Part shown: one piece after another, positions 51,788-64,000 of the stretch
Layout of the letters: each line of letters starts with the position of its first letter
Numbering within the stretch: position 1 is the first letter of the stretch
Assembly (NCBI RefSeq): GCF_037042905.1
Contig: NC_087252.1
Location: 3,536,001-3,600,000, forward strand
Length of the DNA stretch: 64,000 nucleotides
Reading direction: 5' to 3'
Source: Lytechinus pictus
Lineage: Eukaryota
Made by a program: the position numbers and the translations under genes
The notes under the pieces: generated by a model
What the model was told of the DNA's origin: nothing
The model's database searches: none
What the model saw: the letters and a program-made list of their open reading frames with translations, nothing else

Positions 51788-52389
51788 CTGTGAGGTAAAA
51801 TGGGGAAATTGGAATCAGGGTACTAATGGATAATTCGTTTTTCATTCCCGATTTTCGTAGAGCAAAAACGGAAGTCAACCTCATGGATTGGTCTGTGAAA
51901 ACACAAAAACGAAATCACAACGAGAAAAACCCCGTTGTGATTTCATTTTTGGAGATCAAAAACAGAAGAATGAAATCAGAAATACTTTTGGTCCTCTCTG
52001 ATACCTCATTCTATACCTGTGTTTGTTATATATCAAAAACAAAATCAGAACACGCTTTCTACCCCCTGATTCTGTTTGGAAAAACGCAGACAGCGAAAAC
52101 GAAATCAGGTACTCGCATTCCACTTCTTGCTCTGATTTTGTCTTTCGCGCACAGCCAACAGCCATATCGTTATATAGACGTGCACGCAGTACAGTGCATG
52201 CATGATACGACCATGAAGCTATTACGTAAGAGCTTCATGTTACGTCTACGTGCAACAAAAATTCACGTTAACATTTTCGGACCTTCACAGACAGTGGCGT
52301 AGCTAGGATTTTTTTCCCCGGGGGGCACTGGGGGTCCTTGCTTTTTCAGGGGGGGGGGGACACCGGCCATTTTTGGCGGTGTGTGTGTA

Positions 52390-54262
52390 ATAAAGTAATT
52401 TTTCAAGGGGCCCCCAGGGATATCCCGACGGCCTAGCCAGGGTAACCACGTAACCTAACTTGTAGAGCTCGACACGGGCAACCATGCAGATAAACACTGA
52501 CTTGACCCGGTGCATGCACATTAAAGGGGCTGAAATTAACAAAATTAAAGGGAATAAAGGGCTATTTATCGCATTTTTTTAATTAAAATAAAGTAATTTT
52601 TCAAGGGGCCCCAATGGATATCCCAACGCCCTAGCCAGGGTGACCAGGTATCCTAACTTGTAGAACCCGACTCGGGCAATCAGATAAACACTAGCTTGAC
52701 CCGGCGCACGCACATCTAGGGGGCTCAAATTAACAAAATTAAAGGGAATAAAGGGCTATTTATCACATTTTTAAAAATTTAAATAAAGGATTTTTTCAAG
52801 GGGCCCCCAGGGATATCTCGATGGCTTAGCCAGGGTAACCACGTATCCTAACTTGTAGAACCCGACTCGGGCAACCAGGTAAACACTGACTTGACCCGGC
52901 GCACGCACATCTAGGGGGCTCAAATTAACAAAATTAAAGGGAATAAAGGGCTATTTATCACATTTTTAAAAATTTAAATAAAGGATTTTTTCAAGGGGCC
53001 CCCAGGGATATCTCGATGGCTTAGCCAGGGTAACCACGTATCCTAACTTGTAGAAGTTGACTCGAGCAACCAGATAAACACTAGCTTGACCCGGCGCATG
53101 CACATTTAGGGGGCTCAAATTAACAAAATTAAAGGGAATAAAGGGCTATTTATCGCATTTTTTAAATTAAAATAAAGTAAATTTTCAAGGGCCCCCCAGG
53201 GATATCCCGACGGCCTAGCCAGGGCAACCACGTACCCTAACTTGTAGAACTCGACTCGGGCAACCAGATAAACACTGATTTGATCCGGCGCATGCACATT
53301 TAGGGGGCTCAAATTAACAAAATTAAAGGGAATAAAGGGCTATTTATCGCATTTTTAAAATTAAAATAAAGTATTTTTTCAAGGGGCCCCCAGGGATATT
53401 CCAACAGCCTAGACAGGGTAACCATGTATCCTAACTTGTAGAAATCGACTCGGGCAACCAGGTAAACACTGACTTGACCCGGCGCATGCACATCTAGGGG
53501 GCTCAAATTAACAAAATTAAAGGGAATAAAGGGCTATTTATCACATTTTTAAAAATTTAAATAAAGGATTTTTTCAAGGGGCCCCCAGGGATATCTCGAT
53601 GGCTTAGCCAGGGTAACCACGTATCCTAACTTGTAGAACTTGACTCGAGCAACCAGATAAACACTAGCTTGACCCGGCGCATGCACATTTAGGGGGCTCA
53701 AATTAACAAAATTAAAGGGAATAAAGGGCTATTTATCGCATTTTTTAAATTAAAATAAAGTAAATTTTCAAGGGCCCCCCAGGGATATCCCGACGGCCTA
53801 GCCAGGGCAACCACGTACCCTAACTTGTAGAACTCGACTCGGGCAACCAGATAAACACTGATTTGATCCGGCGCATGCACATTTAGGGGGCTCAAATTAA
53901 CAAAATTAAAGGGAATAAAGGGCTATTTATCGCATTTTTAAAATTAAAATAAAGTATTTTTTCAAGGGGCCCCCAGGGATATTCCAACAGCCTAGACAGG
54001 GTAACCATGTATCCTAACTTGTAGAAATCGACTCGGGCAACCAGGTAAACACTGACTTGACCCGGCGCATGCACATCTAGGGGGCTCAAATTAACAAAAT
54101 TAAAGGGAATAAAGGGCTATTTATCACATTTTTAAAAATTTAAATAAAGGATTTTTTCAAGGGGCCCCCAGGGATATCTCGATGGCTTAGCCAGGGTAAC
54201 CACGTATCCTAACTTGTAGAACTTGACTCGAGCAACCAGATAAACACTAGCTTGACCCGGCG
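52390..54262. repeat. ~194-bp satellite array, first block
   Basis: AAATTAACAAAATTAAAGGGAATAAAGGGC recurs every 194-195 bp. Confidence 0.95.
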
Positions 54263-54601
54263 GCGAAATTATTTTTCCCACCGAGTTCTGGACCAACATA
54301 TGAATATTCATGACTTGCGTCTTCGGATTGAGAGTACGCATGCGCGTGGACTTGGCCTCGACCAGTGCCGATCGTAAGCATTCACGTTGCTCAGAATGAA
54401 TTGGCATCGTCAAATTACCGGTACCCTTACATAGTGACATAGGCTTAGATCTATATATATATATATATATATCCAATCCTTAAACACTTAATAAACTAGC
54501 TGCCATTAATGGCAAGACATGTGCTAGGGTAGGGCTAGCTTAGGCTAGCGCATTAACTTTACCTCAAATCTGGACCTGTCTAATTAATGCCTAGTACTAA
54601 T

Positions 54602-57166
54602 CAGTGTTGTAGTGCCTTGGCCTTAAGGCGCCTTGATGCCTATCTACTTTTTCAAAGCCTTGGCCTTGAGAGGGCCTTGGCCTTGAGGATTTTGAGCCTT
54701 GAAATTTTAAGGCATTTTCAAGGCTTTTTCAAGGCATTTTGTATTTTGTACTTTCATTTGTTTTAAATAAGTAATTATAAATGTTTCAATTGTTTTTTTT
54801 TTTTTTTATATATTTAACAACACTAATGGTCAATACTACCAATCACCAGTAACAGTAGCAGCAGCAGTAGTAAGTGCACTAGCAGTGTCATCAATTGTAA
54901 TTGTCACCATTATCAAGAAATTCAAACAAAGAATACATCAGTTTTGAAAAATAGCATTGTGTATTGGTAATGTGTTGTAATCATATGATGATAATGACAG
55001 TAAATAATAATGGTCATGATCAAGATAATAGTGCTTTGATGACAAGAATAATTTTTACATCTGACTGCAATTTTTGACAACAATTTCATACTTTAAACAT
55101 AGCTAACTCTAAAGAACGATAACAAGGTTGATTTCTATTCCATTAGGATTTTCCTTGTATTATTTTCTTTGGCCAACAAGAATGTTTTAAGTCTTAATGA
55201 TATTCTGAAAAGATTTGGTAAACTTGAACACAGTCTCCAATTTTGTCATCCAAATGGGTTATGTCAATGGCATGATGAGCCAGAAACTTTGAGGGGCCAA
55301 GCATGGCATATATAGAGCAAAATTTCTGTCAAAAAAAATAAGAAAGCGATTGAAGCGAGCGAGTGAACAAAATTTGTCCCCCTCTTTCTATAAGAAAAGC
55401 TAATTTTGCAATAGATTGTTTAAAAAATAATAGCACATTTACTCCATCTTTTCCTTTCCCTTTTCCCCCTTGTCTAAGTTTATTCTTGGTGGTGGGACTT
55501 TTTCTTCTCTCTATCTCTCTTCTAAATTTTATATTTGTTTTGGGTCAGATTGTCAAAAAAAGGGGGAAAAAATGTTTACTTCTTTTTAATCATATATCGT
55601 TCAACATTGAATCTCATTTCTCTACAGTTTCAAGGAAATAAACAACGTATTTGTTTTTGTGTCAATATGGTTTCAAGAAATAATAATTAACAAAAAATAA
55701 TTTAATAATTAATAATCATTAATATCATCAATAAGTATTAATAATTAATGATTAATTAACTGTTTAATAAAAGTGGTTGTAAGCAGAAAAAAATATGAAA
55801 ACTGACAAGAGTCCTAAAAATGACTCATTTTCAGTTTATGCATTTGAAAATTTTAGCTTGCGCTTTGTGCTCTCTTGCCCCCCCCCCCCCAAAAAAATGC
55901 CCTTTTTAAAAAAGAAATACCTTCTTTAATTAGGTTCGAAAATCACAGATTTTGAATCGCGCTTGCATCAATTATTGTTTAGTACAGTACTGCTAATGGT
56001 TACAAAAATGTATAGAATGTTGCTTTATGGTTGAAATATCACAAATATTTGGCTCGCTTCCTGCACTCGCATCAATTATTGTACTCGTTCTCTTCCCGTT
56101 CACAAAAAAATGCTTAGAATGTCCAGTTTTCAGGTTGGAATATTACAAATTTTTGAGCTCGCGCTTTGCGCTCGCATTATTTTTTATCGGTGAGTTATGT
56201 ATCTTATTTAAAATGCAGTAATTAACTGCTTAATTAACTGCTTCCTTTACTGGTCAGTATATAAAAAGAATTAGCGAGGGCAAAGTTATTTTTAAGTTCG
56301 ATACACATCTTTTTCATGATTACAAAACCAGCTCAGAATAAAATAATTTCCATGTCTTATTACACGACATGTCAAGAAGTTTGAGCTGGTGATTCGCGCT
56401 GGCAACATCGCGCAAGGAAATTTCAACAATGATTAGCCCCATAATTGACCATAAATCAAGTTTTACAACATCAGAATTGATTTTTTTTTTCAAAACCGCT
56501 TGCTCGCTATGCTTTCTCGCTGAGAAGTAAAACCTAGAGCAAAATATCTATCTTATAATTAAAAATCATATTAGAAAGCCTTTGCTCAACTTAATTTCTA
56601 TAAAACACACAATTACTTCACGCAGTTCATAATCTCATTTTGAAAATACATGTATCTGTTTGCACAAAAAAACTCATTTTGATAAATGGGTGCCTTTTTG
56701 GCGTTGACCCCCCCCCCCCATAATAATTTTCTGCTGCCCCTGTCCCAGGGAGTGGAGAAAAACATACGTTGAGAATGCCAGGATCAGATGACCGTGGTAA
56801 TAATAATTATTGCAATGTAAATCGCCTATAGAAAAATTATGGATTATGTGTACACAGGTAACTATATCATTATTTTAATATGTCTCTATCATGAAATTAT
56901 TTTTGTTTTAAACGTACAAAGGTTAATTTTTTTCTCGCTCAGTCCCCTCGCTCACATACATTTTACCATGTGTGATGTCTGCCGCCTAAGTATTGTTAGT
57001 TCATTGTTCTGTATATCGTAAGTTTGAAATGCCTTGGCCTTGAGGTTTTCAGGCCTTGGCCTTGGGTTTCCATGCCTTGGCCTTTGCCTTTGGTATTGAA
57101 GCCTTGGCCTTGGGTATTAAAGCCTTGGCCTTGGCCTTGGAGGTTTGAGCCTTGACTACAACACTG
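54602..57166. mobile_element. hAT-like element with GCCTTG subterminal repeats
   Basis: TIR CAGTGTTGTAGT at both ends; absent from the opposite MULE arm. Confidence 0.85.
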
Positions 57167-57372
57167 AATAGCCGACTAATGCCATGGTTAACCTCGAACT
57201 GGTTAATTCCGAACTTCACGTTTAATTAGGTTTAGACAAATATTAGCTTATTTGCCATGGTTTAATATGTCTAGTCCGTATACAAAACCAGTCCTAGATC
57301 TAAAAAAAAATATCTTAGTTCTAGTCTAGTCTCTATATCTAGACTCTGATCTACGCTGTATCAGCATGGAAC

Positions 57373-57691
57373 CACTAGTGTACCAAGGGGGGGGGGGAAG
57401 ACTGTCCCTCTGACGAGTCACAACTGATTCAGGGGACGTGCCCCCTTTGAGAAGCCAAATTAATAATTTGTAATGTAAAAATGCAATGAAAAAGACGTAT
57501 GTCCCCTTTTTTGAACGTGAAGATCTTTTTTTTTTTTTTTTGCTTGCCAATTTTTTTTTCAGCTAAGAAATCCATAATTTGGGGTGAAGACCCTTTTTTT
57601 GGGGGGGAGGGGGGCTTGTCACATTTTTTCGCGGACGAAATATCCTCTAAAAAATTTGCCCCCCTTTTGGAAAATCCTAGGTACACCAGTG
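57373..57691. mobile_element. hAT-like MITE at the centre of the MULE
   Basis: CACTAGTGTACC...GGTACACCAGTG; CATGGAAC on both sides (the right copy is offset by 4 nt). Confidence 0.65.
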
Positions 57692-58500
57692 CGTGCATGG
57701 AACGTATTCTAACGTCAGGCACAAATTAACGTCAGTGATCTTGATCTGATCCCCGTCTTCACCCAAAATTAAGGATTTCGTAGCTGAAAAAAATTTGACA
57801 AGAAAAAAAAAGATCTTCACGTTCAAAAGAGGGGACATACGTCTTTTTTCGTTGCATTTTGACATTACAAATTAGGCTTCTCAAGGGGGGGCACGTCCCC
57901 TGGATCAGTTGTGACTCGTCAGGGGGGCAGTCTGCCCCCCCCCCCCTTTGGTACACTAGTGGTTCCATGCTGATAGCGCGTAGATCAGAGTCTAGATCTA
58001 GAGACTAGACTAGAACTAAGATATTTATTTTAGATCTAGGACTGGTTCTCTATACGGACTAGACATATTAAACCATGGTAAATAAGCTAATATTGGTCCA
58101 AACCTAATCAAACGTAAAGTTCGGAATTAACAAGTTCGAAGTTAACCATGGCATTAGTCGGCTATTCCTATTAGTATTAGGCATTAGACAGGTCCAGATT
58201 TGAGGTTAATGCGCTAGCCTAAGCTAGCCCTACCCTAGCACATGTCTTGCCATTAATGGCAGCTAGTTTATTAAGTGTTTAAGGATTGGATATATATATA
58301 TATATAGATAGATCTAAGCCTATAATAAGACCTATGTCACTATGTAAGGGTACCGGTAATTTGACGATGCCAATTCATTCTGACCAACGTGAATGCTTAC
58401 GATCGGCACTGGTCCACGCGCATGCGTACTCTCAATCCGAAGACGCAAGTCATGAATATTCATATGTCGGTCCAGAACTCGGTGGGAAAAATAATTTCGC

Positions 58501-59483
58501 GACCCGGCGCATGCACATTAAGGGGGCTCAAATTAACAAAATTAAAGGGAATAAAGGGCTATTTATCGCATTTTTTAAATTAAAATAAAGTAAATTTTCA
58601 AGGGGCCCCCAGGGATATCCCGACAGCCTAGCCAGGGTAACCACGTATCCTAACTTGGAGAAATTGACTCGGGCAACCAGATAAACACTGATTTGACCCG
58701 GTGCATGCACATTTAGGGGGCTCAAATTAACAAAATTAAAGGGAATAAAGGGATATTTATCGCATTTTTAGAATTAAAATAAAGTATTTTTTCAAGGGGC
58801 CCCCAGGGATATCCTGACGGCCTAGCCAGGGTAACCACGTATCCTAACTTGTAGAACTTGACTAGGGCGATCAGATAAAAACTTATTTGACCCGGCGCAT
58901 GCACATTTAGGGGGCTAAAATTAACAAAATTAAAGGGAATAAAGGGCTATTTATCGCATTTTTTAAATTAAAATAAAGTATTTTTTCAAGGGGCCCCCAG
59001 GGATATCCCGACGGCCTAGCCAGGGTAACCACGTATCCTAACTTGTAGAACTTGACTCGGGCGATCAGATAAAAACTGACTTGACCCGGTGCATGCACAT
59101 TTAGGGGGCTAAAATTAACAAAATTAAAGGGAATAAAGGGCTATTTATCGCATTTTTTAAATTAAAATAAAGTAAATTTTCAAGGGGCCCCCAGGGATAT
59201 CCCGACGGCCTAGCCAGGGCAACCACGTACCCTAACTTGTAGAACTCGACTCGGGCAACCAGATAAACACTGATTTGATCCGGCGCATGCACATTTAGGG
59301 GGCTCAAATTAACAAAATTAAAGGGAATAAAGGGCTATTTATCGCATTTTTAAAATTAAAATAAAGTATTTTTTCAAGGGGCCCCCAGGGATATTCCAAC
59401 GGCCTAGCCAGGGTAACCATGTATCCTAACTTGTAGAACTCGACTCGGGCAACCAGATACACATTAGGTTGACCCGTTGCATG
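58501..59483. repeat. ~194-bp satellite array, second block (same orientation as the first)
   Basis: The array resumes exactly at the MULE TSD; five units. Confidence 0.95.
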
Positions 59484-61322
59484 CAGTGGCGTAACAGGGG
59501 TCGGTGGCTGGGGGGGGGGGGGCAAGAACCAAGAATTTCCCGGTCACATCATAAAGCAGGCAATGGAGTCATAAGGCAAAAATTTTGAGGGGGCGTTATT
59601 ATGGAGTATCGGACAAAAATATATATTTATGCGAGCGAGCGGAGCGTTCGAGCAAAATTTTTGACATTTTAATGGCAAAAATGAGTGGGGTCCGGGGTAG
59701 AGCCCCGGAACCTCTTGATATTAAAGCCATTTTAAACCTTACAGATGGCCACTAATTTTAATCAAATCGCGTGTATATTTATATAGCTTTCACACTACAC
59801 ATAAATTCAGTGCTGCAGTTGTGTACCGTAATCATCTAAATATTTTGAGGGGGTCTACCATAGCAAATGTGGGAAAATTTGTAAAAAGTCGGCAGCGAGC
59901 GAAACGAGCCAGAAGAAAAATGGCCTTTTGAAATAAAATTGAATTGTGTGATAGACTTTTACATCACAGCAAATATCATGTCTTATATTTTTTTTATTTC
60001 ATTCATCTCATTTCGCTGCCTCCTTCATATTCTTTTATTTCCCCTTGGCTGTGGAACCAATCCCCCCCCCCCCCGTACGCCAGTGCTTCAACGCAAAGGT
60101 TAATGCAGGAAGGGTCCATATAGCTTTGGATATTTAGCAAGTTTATAATAGACTTTCATACGAAATTATGCTATATACCATCCATCTTTTTTTCCCGCTC
60201 GTTATCTTCAATCCTCAGCAGCCCGGTAGTAATATCTTGTCCCTTTTTTTTATTTTCCAATTTAGATTTTGCCTCATTCCATTCTACCTTCACTCGCTTT
60301 TGTTTGCCTTTATCATCTTTAATTCATTTCCCTGTCTTTTAAAATTATTTTGAAATTAAATTCTAATTATGTGATAGTCGCTTTGGAAATTTAGTCGATC
60401 AATCAATCAATCAATCAATGTAGTTGTGTACCGTAATCATCCAAATATTTTGAGGGGGCACACCATAGCAAATGTGGGAAAATTTGTTTTAAATAAAAGT
60501 CGCCAGCGAGCGAAGCGAGCCAGAAGAAAAATGGCATTTTGAAATAAAATTATAATTATGTGATAGATTTTTACATCATAGCAAATGTCATGTCTTATAT
60601 ATTTTTTAAAATATTTTATTCATCTCATTACGCTGCCTCCTTCATTTTCTTTTATTTCCCCTTGGCTGTGGAACCCCCCCCCCCCCCCGTACGCCAGTGC
60701 TTCAACGGAAGGATCCATATAGGGGGCCGTTATAGAACCCTTTAAAGGTTACAGGTTAAGAGCCTCCACTGCACGGGGTCTTGACTCTTGGACAGAGCCC
60801 CCGGTAGCTTTGGATATTTAGCAAGTTTATAATAGACTTTCATACGAAATTATGCTATATACCATCCATCTTTTTTCCCTCTCGTTTACTTCAATCCTCA
60901 GCAGCCCATCTTGTCCCTTTTTTTTATTTTCCAATTTAGATTTTGCCTCATTCCATTCTACCTTAATTTCCCGCTTTTGTTTGCCTTTTTGTCATCTTTA
61001 ATTCATTTCCCTGTCATACTAATCATGCTAATGTATGTGTATATCTGGGAAAATTGTTCTTCCTCACATGTTCTTCTTTCCTTCCTTTTTCCAAATTCTT
61101 TCCGTTTTCCCTTTTTTTTCTTAGTTTTATTTTCCCTTACCCTTTTCTATTCCCCTCCCTTTTCCCCCTTTTATCTTTTTTCCTTTCCTTTTCCTTTCCC
61201 TTTCTTTCTTTCTCCCCTTATTTTTTCCTTTTCCCGGTTTTTTTTCTTAACATTTTCACGGTGAACTCCGCCAGGGGGAAGGGGGGCAGCTTGCCCCCCC
61301 CCCCCCGCCTGTTACGCAACTG
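59484..61322. mobile_element. hAT-like element with 8-bp TSD
   Basis: GTTGCATG|CAGTGGCGTAACAGG...CCTGTTACGCAACTG|GTTGCATG; internal duplication of ~59815-60335 at ~60420-61015. Confidence 0.9.
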
Positions 61323-63082
61323 GTTGCATGCTCATTATGGGGGCTAAAATTAACAAAAGTAAAGGAATACGGGCTTTTTCAAGCATGGGGAACCACGGTC
61401 CTGACTTTTTCCCCCATCCCTTAGTGCTGCCGATGGGTAGAGTAAAAAACAACAAGGAAAGAGAGAAGACAAAATAGAAGAGAGAGAAGCGAAAGAGAGA
61501 GATAGGAAAGAAAAGGAGGGGGAAAGGGAGAGAAAGAGAAGGGAGAACGGAGGGGTCATATCATTGTATGAACAGGATATTTTATGATTATGCCCCGAGC
61601 ATTAGTGCGAAGCTCAATGCGAGATAAGAACAAAATAGAGGGGGCACACCATGGCGCACGCAGCAAAAATTTGCTTAATAATAAGTCTCCAGCGAGCGAA
61701 GCGAGCGAGAATAAAAATCACCTTCAATTTTGAGATTGATTTTGACATGGTATGCAGAAAATGACATATCTTTCCTCTTCCTTTTCTTTCTTTCCTTTTA
61801 TCATTTTTTTTTTCTCGGTTGTAGAACTTTTTTTTTTTTTTTTTTTTTTTTTTTGGGGGGGGGGCAGTGCTATGCGGTTCGGGTCCGGGGCAATGACGGT
61901 ACTAGGGTTTTTAACCTAGGAGGAGGCAAACAAACATTTTGGGGCCGGGGGGATGGCACACATTTTTAAAAAAAATCGAGCGAGAAGCGCGAGCTAATTT
62001 TATCGCGAATGCAGTCCCTACTGATTTAAAAAGGGAACTGTTAAGAATCAGCTGTTTGCATTAATTGGGTCATGAAGATGATATCTCACCAAATGAATAA
62101 TGCGAGCGCGAAGCGTGAGCTGAAAATTTTTGATATCCGGGATGATACCTGGCCGTTCTAAGCTTTTTTTTAATTATAAAATGAATGGCTATCTAATTCG
62201 CTGAAAATAAATCCTCTATGGAAATTATGAATACGCAGGATATGTATCTCGCTAAAACAAATAATGAAAACTCTAATAACATTTGATTTTTAAGCCCCAT
62301 GTGAACAGATAATCATTAATAACTGCGAGCGCGTATCGCGAGCTACATTTTGAATTTTATATAATGGCCTGAAAGATTTATGTTCGTGACCAAAATTGTT
62401 GGGACCTAAATGCTAACGGTGAATGGATGAGAATGTTTTTAAAATTTAAAGAACAAAAAACATTTTTGGAGTATTATGACAACGTTTACTATACATTTTG
62501 TTTCTTCAAATTTCGGGGGGGGGGGGCAACTCACTGGGGACTCCCCATTCGGTGGCGCCACTGGTCTGGGGCGGAGCCCCCAGAACCTCGTGATATTTTT
62601 AAACATTGCAGATGGCCATTTTTTTTTTAAATCAAATCGCGGGTACATACATCACATATTATATTAAGTTGCTAATTAATTGAATTGAAGGCTACACGTG
62701 CAAAAGAAAATGTCTCATGAGAATTATTCGAAGATTTGAGGAGCTTTATACTCATATCTTATATTTTGACAATACGTTTTCTATCGATATACGCCCCCAT
62801 CTTTTCTCCAAGAGATGACGATCTACAACAGAAGGCTGAAGATATTCATTCGACCCAACCCATTCTCATTTTTTTAATTTGTAAGTTGATTACAAAAAAG
62901 AATATGTATAATGATTAGACTGATTCTAGAAACAGAGAATGGGCAACCATTGAACATATTTTGTGCAAATAAAAGAAAAATACAGGTGTCACTCAGCTTT
63001 CGGAACTATTTTATTGGCGGAGGATTTAGGACTGAGTATAATATATGAATAAGATCTGCTCATGAGATGCTTTAACCAGTTG

Positions 63083-63415
63083 CCCCCTAAATGTGCATGC
63101 GCCGGGTCAAGCTAGTGTTTACCTGGTTGCCCGAGTCGAGTTCTACAAGTTAGGATACGTGGTTACCCTGGCTAGGCCGTCGGGATATCCCTGGTGGCCC
63201 CTTGAAAAATTATTTTTTTTTTTTTTTAAAAATGCGATAAATAGCCCTTTATTCCCTTTAATTTTGTTAAATTTAGCCCTCTAAATGTGCATGCGCCGGG
63301 TCAAGTCAGTGTTTATCTGATTGCCCGAGTCAAGTTCTACAAGTTAGGATACGTGGTTACCCTGGCTAGGCCGTCGGGATATCCCTGGGGGCCCCTTGAA
63401 AAATTACTTTATTAC
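63083..63415. repeat. Inverted copies (~1.7 units) of the 194-bp satellite in the right arm
   Basis: Reverse complement of the units at 52390-52720. Confidence 0.9.
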
Positions 63416-64000
63416 ACACACACCGCAAAAAATGGCCGGTGCCCCCCCCCCCCTGAAAAAGCAAGGACCCCCCAGTCCCCCCCCCCCCCCCCCCGGGAAA
63501 AAAATCCTAGCTACGCCATTGTCTGCGAAGGTCCGAAAACGCTGGAAAAAGCCATGTTAAAGTGAATTTTTGTTGCACGTGGTCGTATCATGCATGCACT
63601 GCACTGCGTGCACGTGTGTTGGCTGTTGGCTGTGCGAAAGACGAAATCAGAGAGCAGGAAGTGGAAAGCGAACTACCCGATTTCGTTTTCGCTGTCTGCG
63701 TTTTTCCAAACAGAATCAGGGGGGTAGAAAGCCTGTTCTGATTTTGTTTTTAATATATAACAAACACAGGTATAGAATGAGGTATCAGAGAGGACCAAAA
63801 GTATTTCTGATTTCATTCTTCTGTTTTTGATCTCCAAAAATGAAATCACAACGGGGTTTTTCTCGTTGTGATTTCGTTTTTGTGTTTTCAAAGACCAATC
63901 CATGAGGTTGACTTCCGTTTTTGCTCTACGAAAATCAGGAATGAAAAACGAATTATCCATTAGTACCCTGATTAATTGGACACCTAAGTGATGTTGACAA

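Larger units (their letters stand above)
54263..58500. mobile_element. Mutator-like (MULE) palindromic non-autonomous element
   Basis: GACCCGGCG|GCGAAATTATTTTT...AAAAATAATTTCGC|GACCCGGCG (9-bp TSD); arms of ~750 bp (54263-54601 + 57167-57600 versus 57757-58500). Confidence 0.9.
51813..63973. mobile_element. 12.2-kb foldback-like element with long inverted arms and a 6-bp TSD
   Basis: AATTGG|AATCAGGGTACTAATGG...CCATTAGTACCCTGATT|AATTGG; 51813 to ~52720 is inverted at ~63083-63973. Confidence 0.9.

Noticed and set aside
51826..52302. 158-aa ORF and its mirror at 63673-63960
   Set aside because: It lies in the TIR, the frame is not conserved between the arms, and it has no recognisable domain.
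52303..59525. Repeated 60-70-aa ORFs (LARPSGYPWG...) suggesting a tandem gene family or CRISPR array
   Set aside because: They come from satellite monomers. There are no unique spacers or cas genes, and the DNA is eukaryotic.
51813..63973. Autonomous Polinton/Maverick
   Set aside because: No polB, integrase, ATPase or capsid ORFs, and the termini are not AG...CT.

Overview
AT-rich eukaryotic DNA, probably an invertebrate deuterostome such as a sea urchin (inferred from the repeat types; not provable here). The only clear host gene is the 3' half of a clan-3 (CYP3A-like) cytochrome P450 on the minus strand, with coding segments at 51787-51575 + 25484-25477, 24621-24484, 22800-22638 and 21319-21230. 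Its K-helix exon is split just after ETLRMFPP by a 26,088-bp CMC (CACTA/EnSpm-type) non-autonomous transposon, A (25487-51574, CCC...GGG ends, 2-bp TSD). A holds a nest of further elements: hAT-like (34265-50508) > CMC B (34376-49180) > CMC C (34429-45108) > MITEs. A and C share a homologous promoter-like/first-exon segment, and C may encode a small spliced peptide. A 12.2-kb foldback-like element (51813-63973, 6-bp TSD) sits 25 nt upstream of the same exon's splice acceptor. It contains a ~194-bp satellite, a Mutator-like palindromic element (9-bp TSD) and two hAT-like inserts. The left 21 kb holds two CR1/L2-group LINE ORF2s (one intact, one frameshifted), LINE fragments, tRNA-derived SINEs, MITEs and microsatellites. 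No transposase ORF, true RNA gene or CRISPR array was found. All coordinates were read by hand; boundaries of decayed repeats are approximate.
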